A DNA stretch of 64,000 nucleotides from the NCBI GenBank assembly GCA_041744215.1, contig JBGTLG010000032.1, forward strand, positions 1 to 64,000. The letters are read 5' to 3'. A program made the position numbers and the translations under genes. The notes under the pieces are model-generated. The model had not been told where the DNA came from. It saw nothing but the letters and a program-made list of their open reading frames with translations, and searched no databases. Of the stretch, positions 46,619 through 55,970 are shown in pieces (the first letter of the stretch is position 1; each line of letters opens with the position of its first letter). This stretch comes from Fimbriimonadales bacterium (GTDB lineage: Bacteria; Armatimonadota; Fimbriimonadia; Fimbriimonadales; ATM1).

Positions 46619-46969
46619 TTTTCAGAGCCCTCTCTCGCCAGAGTCTTCCGCACCCGTGCCGAGGTCGCCCCGGTATTTTTGCGAGTTTCACTCGCCTTGC
46701 TCGGCTGAGTGCGCGAGTCAGCCCGTCAATCATGTGTCTTCGGTCGAAGGCCGCAAGGCAAAAAGGAGAGTCGCGGAGTTCTCCCCGCTTTTGAGAGGGC
46801 GCTTCGCGTGAACGTGGGGGACGGCGTATGCCGTCCCCTTCCTCGTTTGCGGGAACTTTTAGGAGGTTACGGTTCGGGGTTCTCCGGGTTGCAAGGTATC
46901 CTGTGAACATCCCGCCATCAAAAAATCATCGTGCGGGGTGGGCGTCTAGCCCGAATACAGGAGATACAC

Positions 46970-47572
46970 ATGAAGAGATTTTTAGTTTTTGGAGTGGCTG
47001 CATTAGCACTCTCATTAGTCGGCTGCAACTCTGGCACCGATGAGACTGGCGAAGGCTCTGGATCACCCTCGGGTAGCACAACGCCGGGACAAGCCACAAA
47101 TACAGTCGTCGGCGAGTACGGGGCGTTTTTCACCCCAGAAATGCGAGCAGAGCTCGATAAGAACCTTGAATCCGGACGAGCCAGCTTGGCCGACCTTGAG
47201 AAGGCCGCGGCGACAAGCCCACAGGCCAAAGAGCAATACGACATGCTGAAGGCGCAGTTGGACGGCGCCGAGAAGATGATGGAAGAGATGATGAGCAAGG
47301 TTACGCTCACCCTCAACGCAGACAAGTCCGCCAAGATGACTTCTCCAAATCAGCCGACCTCGCCAACCGAGCCATCGATAGGCGTCGATACTTACGAAGG
47401 CACATGGGAAGACGCAGGAGAGAACAAAGTCAAGGTAACCATGAAAACGAAGAATGGCAAGCCCGACCCCGACATTGACAAGGAACCGAGCGTCGAGATG
47501 ACGTTCGACCCCGCAGCGGGGACCCTGACTGGCACACGTCAAGGCCAGGAAATGTCATTCAAGAAGAAGTAG
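46970..47572 (+). CDS. Hypothetical lipoprotein
   Basis: LVGC lipobox; AGGAG RBS; terminator downstream. Confidence 0.8.
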   Translation: MKRFLVFGVAALALSLVGCNSGTDETGEGSGSPSGSTTPGQATNTVVGEYGAFFTPEMRAELDKNLESGRASLADLEKAAATSPQAKEQYDMLKAQLDGAEKMMEEMMSKVTLTLNADKSAKMTSPNQPTSPTEPSIGVDTYEGTWEDAGENKVKVTMKTKNGKPDPDIDKEPSVEMTFDPAAGTLTGTRQGQEMSFKKK

Positions 47573-47599
47573 AGTCACGCGACTCATCCATACTACATT

Positions 47600-47635
47600 G
47601 AAGTCGGCTGCCATGGCGGCCGACTTCTTTTGTTT
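47600..47635 (+). terminator. Intrinsic terminator
   Basis: GAAGTCGGCTGCC/GGCGGCCGACTTC stem plus TTTTGTTT. Confidence 0.8.
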
Positions 47636-47653
47636 GCGGGTAAAAACTACCAG

Positions 47654-48349
47654 ATGAACAAAGTTGTTGCAACAGCCGCGGATGCGCTTAGGCAAGCAGG
47701 GCTGCGGGATGGTATGACCCTGATGTCGGGAGGGTTTGGGCTCTGTGGCATTCCCGAAGGACTTATTGCAGCAGTGCGTGAAGTCGGCGCAAAAAACCTA
47801 ACCGTGATTAGCAACAACGCTGGCGTTGATGACTTTGGATTGGGGGTCTTGCTGCAAACGAAGCAGATCAAGAAGATGATTTCGAGTTACGTTGGTGAGA
47901 ATGCGATCTTCGAACAGCAGTTCTTATCCGGCGAACTGGAGGTTGAGTTGGTACCGCAAGGAACGCTTGCCGAACGAATCCGCGCAGGCGGCGCGGGAAT
48001 CCCCGCATTCTTTACACCAACGGGGTACGGCACTCTTGTCGCAGAGGGGAAAGAAACACGCGAGATAGATGGACGGAACTACGTCCTCGAAAACGCGCTT
48101 TACGCAGATATCGCATTAGTGAAAGCGTGGAAGGCTGACAATATGGGCAACCTGATTTATCGGATGACCGCTCGCAACTTCAATCCGATGATGGCAACGG
48201 CCGGAAAGGTGACGATTGCAGAAGTTGAGGAGGTCGTTGAGGTCGGCAGTCTGGACCCTGACTGCATACACACTCCTGGTGTTTACGTCGACATGGTCGT
48301 TCAGGGGAAGTTTGAGAAACGCATTGAGCAACGGACCGTGCGGTCATAG
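47654..48349 (+). CDS. scoA: 3-oxoacid CoA-transferase subunit A
   Basis: GGFGLCGIP, SNNAG, SSYVGEN, PQGTLAERIRAGGAGIP, ARNFNP. Confidence 0.93.
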   Translation: MNKVVATAADALRQAGLRDGMTLMSGGFGLCGIPEGLIAAVREVGAKNLTVISNNAGVDDFGLGVLLQTKQIKKMISSYVGENAIFEQQFLSGELEVELVPQGTLAERIRAGGAGIPAFFTPTGYGTLVAEGKETREIDGRNYVLENALYADIALVKAWKADNMGNLIYRMTARNFNPMMATAGKVTIAEVEEVVEVGSLDPDCIHTPGVYVDMVVQGKFEKRIEQRTVRS

Positions 48350-48417
48350 CCGACTGAATCAGCGACTCGCCTTCGATCGCTAAGCAAAGTCCGCACATGA
48401 GCGCGTAGAATGCGCCC

Positions 48418-50340
48418 ATGTTTCGAGCACTCCTCCTGCTTTTGCCCTTTGCAACTGCATCCCATGCGTTTGCTGGACCTGCCGTCGCGGATTGGACAAT
48501 CATGTACTACATGTGTGCTGACAACGATCTCGAGTTTGCGCAGATGCAGGACCTCGAGGAGATGCTGGCTTCAAAAGGAAGCGACCGTGTCAATGTGATC
48601 GCATTGTCCGACAGACACGAGGAAGCTGAACACCCGTTCTCAGGTGCGGGCGCAGGAGGACTTGAGAATTGGACATCGGCGAAACTCTTGCAAGTCAAAC
48701 ACGAGCGGCTTGTAGAACTGGGTGATTGGGGCGAAGTCAATACAGCGGACGGAAAGACGCTGGCTCGTTTCATAGCCGAAGCAGCAAGCCGATTCCCTGC
48801 CAAGAGGTACGCACTCATTCTGGCGAATCACGGGGCTGGTTGGCCGGGTGGGTTCGTCGACGAAACGTCAGACGAATGGGATGACATGCTGACGCTCGCC
48901 GAGATCCGTGAAGCGCTGCGATCGACAAGGCGCCATTACAAACGCATGGAGATCATCGGTTTCGATGCTTGCTTGATGGCTAACATCGAGACGGCTCACG
49001 CCCTCGCTCCGTACACCAAGTTTCTGGTTGCATCGCAAGAGTTAGAGCCGTGGGAGGGTTGGTTCTACACCACCATTCTCGACGCGCTTTCGCAAAAGCC
49101 CACGATGGGGGGCAGGGAGATAGGTAAGACAATTGTGGACACATACTTCGATTTCTTCTCCTCAGGCGAGTCGCTGGCGATGAGCAAGGAATCGATGGCT
49201 ACATTGTCCGTTGTTGAGAGTGCCTATGTCTTCGCAGCAGCAAGAGCGCTCAACGATGTTGGGGCCGCAGCTGCGGCGGAGCTGACGAACGATCGACCCA
49301 AGTGGATTGAGATTGCAGCTGCGAGAAAGGTGACAGAAGAGTACGGTGTTTCCCCGATGGACGACTCCGTTGCGGCGTTTGACGCGATCTCGTTCGTTCA
49401 GAACTTAGGGCGTCGTACTTTGTCGCTGAGTGTCCGTGCAGCTGCCGCTGCCGCCGAGAAGTCGCTCCGTGCGTGCGTTGCATACACTCGATCAGGGGAG
49501 GCACGCCCCGGAGCAAATGGAATCAGCGTCTACTATCCCAAGGACCCGACGGCGCTCGAGCCGAATGGAGAGGACGGTTACGATTCGCTGACCTTCAATC
49601 GCGATGCGCGATGGTTGTCGATGCTTGAGCGGGTGGTAAGCGAGGCAGAGGAAGACGAGATGCCGCCTTTCGTCGGCACTGTACGACTGTCGGAATCTGT
49701 TGTCACCGGCGACAACACAATCAAGATTTCTGCAGACATGAAAGGCGATGATATCGCCGAGTCTTGGCTCGTGCTTGCACAGCGCATCCCATCTACCTCG
49801 CGGTATCTGGTGATCGGACGCGTCCCCGCTGACTATGGCGATGCAGAAAGCGTGACGATCGATTGGGATGGAAAGTGGTTCTTGCTTTCAGACGAGGAGA
49901 ACTTCTACGTTTGTCCCACTGTTCAAACCACACGAACGGCAGGAGGAGTGCTCTTCTATCTATCAGGTCAAGTCAAACGCAAAAACACAGCGGAGTGGAT
50001 CGACGCTACGCTCGTGTTCTTTCTCGCAGCGGAATCCGCGCAAGATGCCAGGTTTATCTATGCGATTCAGCGATCGCGATATGGAGTGGTTGAGGTGCAC
50101 ACCCAAGCTGGCGACGCGATAAGGCCGACCTATCTTATGGTTGACGAAAGCGGCGATCTCGAACTCGTTTTCGCGGAAGACGGGCCGAGCCTCATTCTTG
50201 GGGAGCGACTCCGAATAACGTATGGCGATGTGCCTGACGGAGACTACTTGATTGGAATCGTCGCGCGAGACTACGCGGATAACACCTCGGAGAGTTTCGG
50301 AAGCGTCACGATCCGTCGAACGGCTCCGATACGTAACTAG
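48418..50340 (+). CDS. Clostripain-family (C11) cysteine peptidase, secreted
   Basis: WTIMYYMCADNDLE, NHGAGW, GFDACLM, ASQELEP. Confidence 0.9.
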   Translation: MFRALLLLLPFATASHAFAGPAVADWTIMYYMCADNDLEFAQMQDLEEMLASKGSDRVNVIALSDRHEEAEHPFSGAGAGGLENWTSAKLLQVKHERLVELGDWGEVNTADGKTLARFIAEAASRFPAKRYALILANHGAGWPGGFVDETSDEWDDMLTLAEIREALRSTRRHYKRMEIIGFDACLMANIETAHALAPYTKFLVASQELEPWEGWFYTTILDALSQKPTMGGREIGKTIVDTYFDFFSSGESLAMSKESMATLSVVESAYVFAAARALNDVGAAAAAELTNDRPKWIEIAAARKVTEEYGVSPMDDSVAAFDAISFVQNLGRRTLSLSVRAAAAAAEKSLRACVAYTRSGEARPGANGISVYYPKDPTALEPNGEDGYDSLTFNRDARWLSMLERVVSEAEEDEMPPFVGTVRLSESVVTGDNTIKISADMKGDDIAESWLVLAQRIPSTSRYLVIGRVPADYGDAESVTIDWDGKWFLLSDEENFYVCPTVQTTRTAGGVLFYLSGQVKRKNTAEWIDATLVFFLAAESAQDARFIYAIQRSRYGVVEVHTQAGDAIRPTYLMVDESGDLELVFAEDGPSLILGERLRITYGDVPDGDYLIGIVARDYADNTSESFGSVTIRRTAPIRN

Positions 50341-50410
50341 TGCGCCCCCGAGCGTGATTCTGCTACCATACGGCCCCGGTCTAGTTGCCTGCCGGAGATT
50401 GGAGGGTTGC

Positions 50411-52957
50411 ATGAAAACTTTGACTTGTAGATCCGCATTCGTCGTCTGTGCTGTGATGGCTATCGCAGCAGCCACCGCTCAGTCGAGCACGGTGTTTGGT
50501 GAGATGATCCGGGGCCTTTCCGCTCGATCAATTGGGCCAGCAAACCCGTCGGGTCGAATCGTTGAACTAGCAGTCGTCGAGAGCAATCCCAGCACGTTCT
50601 ACTTTGCTGCTGCCAACGGCGGCGTCTGGAAAACGGTCGATGGTGGAAAAACGTTTGCCCCGATTTTTGACGACTACTCCGCCGTCGGGGTATGCAGCGT
50701 CGCAGTCAGCCAATCGAATCCCGACATCGTTTGGGTCGGAACTGGGGAGGGCAACATCATTCGCAGCGGATCCTGGGGCAGCGGTGTTTACAAATCGGTA
50801 GATGGCGGCAAGTCGTTCCAACACATGGGGCTACGCGAAAGTCGCCAGAACGCGCGCATCGTGATTCACCCGACTAACCCGGACATAGTCTACGTTGCTG
50901 CGCTTGGCCACGCGTGGGGTCCAAACTCTGAGCGCGGTCTCTACAAGACAGACAACGGCGGACAGACGTGGACCAAATTGCTCGGCGACGAAGAAAACAC
51001 CGGCTGTATCGAAGTCACAATGGACTCTCAGAATCCAGACATCCTTTACGCTTCGCTTTATCACTATCGACGTGACGCATTTTCCGGAACCTCTCCTCGT
51101 ATTGAATGGGGACCGGGTTCAGGGTGCTTTCGCACGGAAGACGCCGGAAAGAATTGGACGAGACTTAGCAACGGTTTCCCTGATGGAGAACTGGGTCGCG
51201 TTGGCTTCGCTGTCTACCGCAAGGATCCTAACGTCGTTTACGCAGTCGTGCAGGCGCCGACTAGGCAGGAGACTGGAACTTACAGGTCGAACGACCGAGG
51301 CAAGACTTGGGAAAAAGTTAATGATTTTCAAGCAAATCCGCCGTTCTTCTATGGGCAGATTCGCGTGGATCCAAACGATCCCGAGACGATCTTTCTATGC
51401 AACGTTCAATTGACTTGGTCGACGGACGGAGGGAAAACGTTGCAGCCTGTTCAGCAGCGCGGCGTTCACGAGGATCACCACGCACTGTGGATCAACCCGG
51501 CTGATTCAAACCACATCATCCTCGGTAATGACGGCGGCATTTACATCACGACCGACAGGGCTCAGTCTTGGACATGGGTTGCCAATTCGCCGCTCGGACA
51601 ATTCTACGCGGTTGGTTACGACATGGCGACTCCATACAATGTTATGGGCGGCGTTCAAGACAATGGAAGTTGGCACGGCCCTAGTCGCACATACAACTCC
51701 GTGGGGATACAAAACTCGGATTGGCGGCGCGTTGGCGGAGGGGATGGTTTTTACGTCTGGGCGGACCCGACAGATCATAACATCGTCTACTCCGAGAGCC
51801 AGTACGGCGTCCTGCGCCGCTATAACTTTGCAGAATCGAATCAAGCGAAGAACATCCAGCCGAGGCCTGCCACGGGCGAGGCTCGCTATCGGTTCAACTG
51901 GAACACACCTCTCTTGATCTCCTACCACGACCCAGCGACCCTCTATTTTGGTGGACATGTCCTCTTTCGATCGAAGGATCGAGGAGACACTTGGGAGACA
52001 ATCAGCGAGGACTTGACTCGTGGGATGCCCGAGGGGCGCAACGACACCGGACACACGATCACGGCGATCGACGAATCGAAGGTCAAGCAGGGAGTGATCT
52101 GGGTCGGAACTGACGACGGAAGGCTCCACGTGACCCTCGATGACGGCCAGTCCTGGACCGAGGTGACGGACAACATTCCGGGAATCCCCAATGACGGCTG
52201 GTTTTCGCGCGTCGAGACTTCCCACTTTGATGAGGCGACTGCCTTCATAGCCGTCGATAGACATCGCAACAATGATGTGTATCCTCACATCTTCAGAACG
52301 ACGGATTACGGCAAGTCATTCACTCGAATCACCGGAGATCTGCCGATGGCCAATGTCCATTCCGTACGCCAGTCTTCGAAGAACTCCAACTTGCTTTTTG
52401 CGGGCACAGAGCGTGGCGTTTACGCAACGAACAATGGTGGCGTGAATTGGCATCACTTCGTTTTGTCTGGAATGCCTCGCCACGCGATCGTTCACGATAT
52501 TCAGATTCATCCGCGTGAACGTGAACTCATCGTCGCTACACACGGCCGCAGTTTCTACATCATAGACATCGCGCCGCTGGAAGAATCCGTTACGAGCGAC
52601 GCATATCTCTTCCATATCAAACCCGCAGTCTCGTTTGATCCGGCTGACGTTGATACAGATCCGACGTCTTTCTTCGGTGAAAACCCACCGTACGGCGCTA
52701 TCATTCACTTCTGGATCAGCCCTTCAGCCAGCGAGCCCGGGCACCTGATCATTAAAGATGCGCTCGGTGTAGAACTCCGCAAAATCGACATACCCGCAAA
52801 AAGCGGCCTACATACCGCCGTATGGGATTTGGTTCACGGTGAAGGCAGAGTTGCGCCAGGCGAATACACCGTTACTCTCGTCGTCGGTGATCGCGCATCG
52901 ACTCGTACGGTCAGCGTGGTCAAGCCAAAACCAACCGGCTTGCACGAGCGCCAGTAA
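50411..52957 (+). CDS. VPS10/BNR-repeat glycosyl-hydrolase-like secreted protein
   Basis: RSIGP..SGRI; many S/T-x-D-x-G-x-T/S-W Asp-boxes; GNDGG, GGDGF, ATHGR. Confidence 0.9.
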   Translation: MKTLTCRSAFVVCAVMAIAAATAQSSTVFGEMIRGLSARSIGPANPSGRIVELAVVESNPSTFYFAAANGGVWKTVDGGKTFAPIFDDYSAVGVCSVAVSQSNPDIVWVGTGEGNIIRSGSWGSGVYKSVDGGKSFQHMGLRESRQNARIVIHPTNPDIVYVAALGHAWGPNSERGLYKTDNGGQTWTKLLGDEENTGCIEVTMDSQNPDILYASLYHYRRDAFSGTSPRIEWGPGSGCFRTEDAGKNWTRLSNGFPDGELGRVGFAVYRKDPNVVYAVVQAPTRQETGTYRSNDRGKTWEKVNDFQANPPFFYGQIRVDPNDPETIFLCNVQLTWSTDGGKTLQPVQQRGVHEDHHALWINPADSNHIILGNDGGIYITTDRAQSWTWVANSPLGQFYAVGYDMATPYNVMGGVQDNGSWHGPSRTYNSVGIQNSDWRRVGGGDGFYVWADPTDHNIVYSESQYGVLRRYNFAESNQAKNIQPRPATGEARYRFNWNTPLLISYHDPATLYFGGHVLFRSKDRGDTWETISEDLTRGMPEGRNDTGHTITAIDESKVKQGVIWVGTDDGRLHVTLDDGQSWTEVTDNIPGIPNDGWFSRVETSHFDEATAFIAVDRHRNNDVYPHIFRTTDYGKSFTRITGDLPMANVHSVRQSSKNSNLLFAGTERGVYATNNGGVNWHHFVLSGMPRHAIVHDIQIHPRERELIVATHGRSFYIIDIAPLEESVTSDAYLFHIKPAVSFDPADVDTDPTSFFGENPPYGAIIHFWISPSASEPGHLIIKDALGVELRKIDIPAKSGLHTAVWDLVHGEGRVAPGEYTVTLVVGDRASTRTVSVVKPKPTGLHERQ

Positions 52958-52994
52958 CCGTCCGTAATCGGTAATCATGCACAATGCGGGTCAG

Positions 52995-53780
52995 ATGATC
53001 CGCATTGGCACCTCGGGTTTTCATTACAATGATTGGAAAGGAAACTTCTACCCGAGCAACGTCGCAAAATCGCAGTGGTTCGACCACTACTCGCGAGAGT
53101 TTGATTGCGTTGAGCTGAATGCTTCCTACTATGCGTGGCTGACTGAAAGAACGGTTCTCAGTCTCGTCGCCCGCGCTCCCGCTGGGTTCTCATTTACAGT
53201 AAAGCTGCACCGATCGCTAACACACGAACGCGACGACCGAGAATCTGCGATTCGAAAAACTAAGGAACAAAATCGCCCGTTCGCCGAAAGCGGGATGCTT
53301 GGCACAACTCTCGCTCAGTTTCCCAACTCCTTTCGCCATAGCAAAACAAATGAAGATTACATTGCCTGGCTAGCGTACGAACTAGCGCCACTCAACGTTG
53401 AGTTTCGCCACGAGAGTTGGCACCGGTCCTCAGACCTTTATCGCAAGGTCGGAGTCGGTGCTGTCTGTGTTGATGAGCCGGAAATCCCAGGCCTAGTGCC
53501 ATGGGACGTTTCATCCGCAAGCGAGATCGGCTATGTCCGCTTCCACGGAAGAAACGCTGCCGCTTGGTACAACCACGAACACTCCTTCGAGCGCTATGAC
53601 TACCTATACTCATTAGAGCAGCTTGAGGGCCGAGTCCCCGATATTCAAACGCTTTCCGCCGAAACGAGCGCCACCTATGTGTTCTTCAATAATCACTACG
53701 GGGCGCAGGCGGTCACGAACGCGAGGCAGCTGAAGGGGCTCCTGGGTCTTGGGGGCCGGAAAAATCCCCAGCTTTTCTGA
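52995..53780 (+). CDS. DUF72 (YecE-like) protein
   Basis: IGTSGF, VELNASYY, EFRH, YVRFHGR, YDYLYS, FFNN. Confidence 0.9.
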   Translation: MIRIGTSGFHYNDWKGNFYPSNVAKSQWFDHYSREFDCVELNASYYAWLTERTVLSLVARAPAGFSFTVKLHRSLTHERDDRESAIRKTKEQNRPFAESGMLGTTLAQFPNSFRHSKTNEDYIAWLAYELAPLNVEFRHESWHRSSDLYRKVGVGAVCVDEPEIPGLVPWDVSSASEIGYVRFHGRNAAAWYNHEHSFERYDYLYSLEQLEGRVPDIQTLSAETSATYVFFNNHYGAQAVTNARQLKGLLGLGGRKNPQLF

Positions 53781-53804
53781 ACGCTCGACCCCTCAATTGG
53801 CGTC
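53778..53804 (+). promoter_or_regulatory. ECF-type promoter TGAAC-N18-CGTC
   Basis: TGAAC gctcgacccctcaattgg CGTC upstream of a secreted protein. Confidence 0.55.
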
Positions 53805-53941
53805 ATAAGCCGGGGGTACATGGAGTATCCTCGTATACTGAAAGGCGCGTTGCCCAGTCGCGATCACAGCGACAGGCACATCGATTCGGTCGGCGGCCGC
53901 GCCCTCGTCGGCCCACATACTCAAGAATGGAGGAATTTGGA

Positions 53942-55561
53942 ATGAGGAGACTTGCTATCTCTCTCGGCGCGCTGGTCATTGTTTCCGGCGCGTTCGCAGG
54001 GGGCACTCCCGACAATATCTATCGCAACATGCTTGCGATCCCTGGGTCCTTCTTTGCGTCTGGCAACGAATACGGCGACAAAGTAACCCTCGATACAGGT
54101 AGCAGAAACCTGACATCGTTTACGCTTGCCTATGTTGCCGACCTCACGACTGGCCAGAACGACGAAACTGTTCAAGTCCGAATCTACGACGCAACTGGCA
54201 CTGGCGGCGGCCCCGGCACAATGCTCTGGCAAAGTACCGATATGCCCATCCGCGACGGCCTGTGGAGCAAAACGATTGTGATCTCCGGCGGCCTCACCGT
54301 ACCAGACGACATTATCTACACGGTTGAGTTCAAGAACATGGACATGATCGCCGGCGATCGCGCTGGACTGGTACTGTCCGATCCGCCTACGAGAGGCTCA
54401 AGCACGAACGACTTTTGGATGTTCGACATGGGTGCCTGGGGTGAGTTCGAGTTCACCGGCGGCGTACCCGTCGCAAACTTCCAAGCCTCGTTCTGGGTTG
54501 ATGGTGTCGCACCGCAGCCCTACCAAAACGAGATCGTGCCGCCGGAAGATTGGGACTTCTACTTCCCCGGCTTCCATGAGTTCGGCGATCAGATCGACCT
54601 CGAAGGCACCAAGCGAAAGATCTCTGCAATCCGCTTCCCGATCTACTGCCCTGAACTCGCTGCCCCCGGCGACGAAGAACTGGTCGTCAGAATCTGGAAA
54701 CTGGATGGAGTCGACCAAGTACCGGGAACGATGCTCTGGGAGAGTGCGCCGATGCCATTCGTCGCAGACCCAGCCAATGTGCAGTTTTTCGACGTCAGCG
54801 TTCCGAACGTGACAGTCGAAGATGCGATCGTATGGACTGTTGAGTTTAGGGGTGTTGCTCAAACTTCGCCACCAAACCCGACCGACAACGCTGGACTGCT
54901 CATGACTGGCAAGTACGACTCGGCGACACAGGTCATCACTGACTTCGAGCCTCAGTTGGGATCGAGCCGCGATTTCTTCGTCGGAAGAAATGTACCGTCA
55001 CAAACCGAAGAGTGGACATTCTGGGTGTTCCGAACCGCAATGCAACCGCTCGGCCCGCAGGCCAACTTTGAAGTCGCCTTCGACGGCGTCGGCACAGAGA
55101 AGTTGGTTCCGACCGCGTTCGGCCTCTTGACAGGCGTCCAAACGGCCGGCAACCTCCAAAGCCTAATCAGTCTCGACAACGATCGCTTGTTCGTTCGTGA
55201 AGCTCCACCGCTCGCCCTCGGACTTCCGTCGGTTGCGGTTAACGTCGACACTGTTTCGCCGACGCTCAACCCATCAGCGCTGACGATCAAGGTCGTCATG
55301 AACACCAGCGGCGCGCCGGCAGGTGCAGTTCAGTTCCGCGTACTCGGAGTACTTGGTAACAACACAACCGAGCTTCTCTCGACTACGGCAGGAACGTCGA
55401 CTGACCAGACGATCACAATCACGCCGACTGGCGATCTTTCGAGATTCGTCCAGTCCGGATCAAATCGCTTGCGGGTTCGCCTGCAAATGTTCGATCCAGG
55501 CACGCTCTTCAACTTCGGTTGGAGCGCGCGGATCAACCAAGTTAGCTGGGAAATCGAGTAA
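53942..55561 (+). CDS. Secreted protein with a tandem duplicated beta domain and a distinct C-terminal domain
   Basis: GGAGG RBS; signal peptide ending AFA; two repeats (E-x-GD, VRI..PGTMLW-x-S, TVEF, AGL, GSS, ANF). Confidence 0.85.
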   Translation: MRRLAISLGALVIVSGAFAGGTPDNIYRNMLAIPGSFFASGNEYGDKVTLDTGSRNLTSFTLAYVADLTTGQNDETVQVRIYDATGTGGGPGTMLWQSTDMPIRDGLWSKTIVISGGLTVPDDIIYTVEFKNMDMIAGDRAGLVLSDPPTRGSSTNDFWMFDMGAWGEFEFTGGVPVANFQASFWVDGVAPQPYQNEIVPPEDWDFYFPGFHEFGDQIDLEGTKRKISAIRFPIYCPELAAPGDEELVVRIWKLDGVDQVPGTMLWESAPMPFVADPANVQFFDVSVPNVTVEDAIVWTVEFRGVAQTSPPNPTDNAGLLMTGKYDSATQVITDFEPQLGSSRDFFVGRNVPSQTEEWTFWVFRTAMQPLGPQANFEVAFDGVGTEKLVPTAFGLLTGVQTAGNLQSLISLDNDRLFVREAPPLALGLPSVAVNVDTVSPTLNPSALTIKVVMNTSGAPAGAVQFRVLGVLGNNTTELLSTTAGTSTDQTITITPTGDLSRFVQSGSNRLRVRLQMFDPGTLFNFGWSARINQVSWEIE

Positions 55562-55581
55562 CTTCGACTCCAAGCTGCTCT

Positions 55582-55619
55582 AGAATCGGCCGGCGGGACG
55601 CCGGCCGATTCTCTTTTTT
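55582..55619 (+). terminator. Intrinsic terminator
   Basis: 14-bp stem AGAATCGGCCGGCG/CGCCGGCCGATTCT plus T tract. Confidence 0.85.
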
Positions 55620-55968
55620 ACTTGACATAAGTTTCCGAATCCATTTCGCGCAGTTCCAAAGTCACTTTCGCGAGACCGTTCGAAATTGAATCGGAAAACA
55701 GATCGCTGACCACTTTCGCCAGTTCGCGAGCGATTCTTTGGCGCAGCTCAACGGGCCGACCCGTAAGAATCGACACTTGGCAATGAACATATCCCGGGGT
55801 TGATCCTTCTCCCATGGACCACACTTCCCTCTTCGTAAAGTATGCCTTGATCGAGGCGGCGCTGATCGTCTCGCACGACGCGAGCTGGGAACATAGCGCG
55901 TCCAGAACATTGCTCGCAGACTCGCATTCGGGAAGGTTTGAAGTTGCTTCCAAATGTATGTGTGGCAT
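55618..55968 (-). CDS. 5-carboxymethyl-2-hydroxymuconate isomerase-like tautomerase
   Basis: MPH N-terminus (catalytic Pro1), ILTGRP, ELREMD..TY-x-K. Confidence 0.8.
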   Translation of the reverse strand: MPHIHLEATSNLPECESASNVLDALCSQLASCETISAASIKAYFTKREVWSMGEGSTPGYVHCQVSILTGRPVELRQRIARELAKVVSDLFSDSISNGLAKVTLELREMDSETYVK

Positions 55969-55970
55969 TG

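Noticed and set aside
46521-46910. 129-aa ORF, or a c-di-GMP riboswitch, in the intergenic region
   Set aside because: The ORF is Arg-rich with no motif and overlaps a neighbour; the riboswitch consensus (GGCAAAC...GACGCAAAG) is absent
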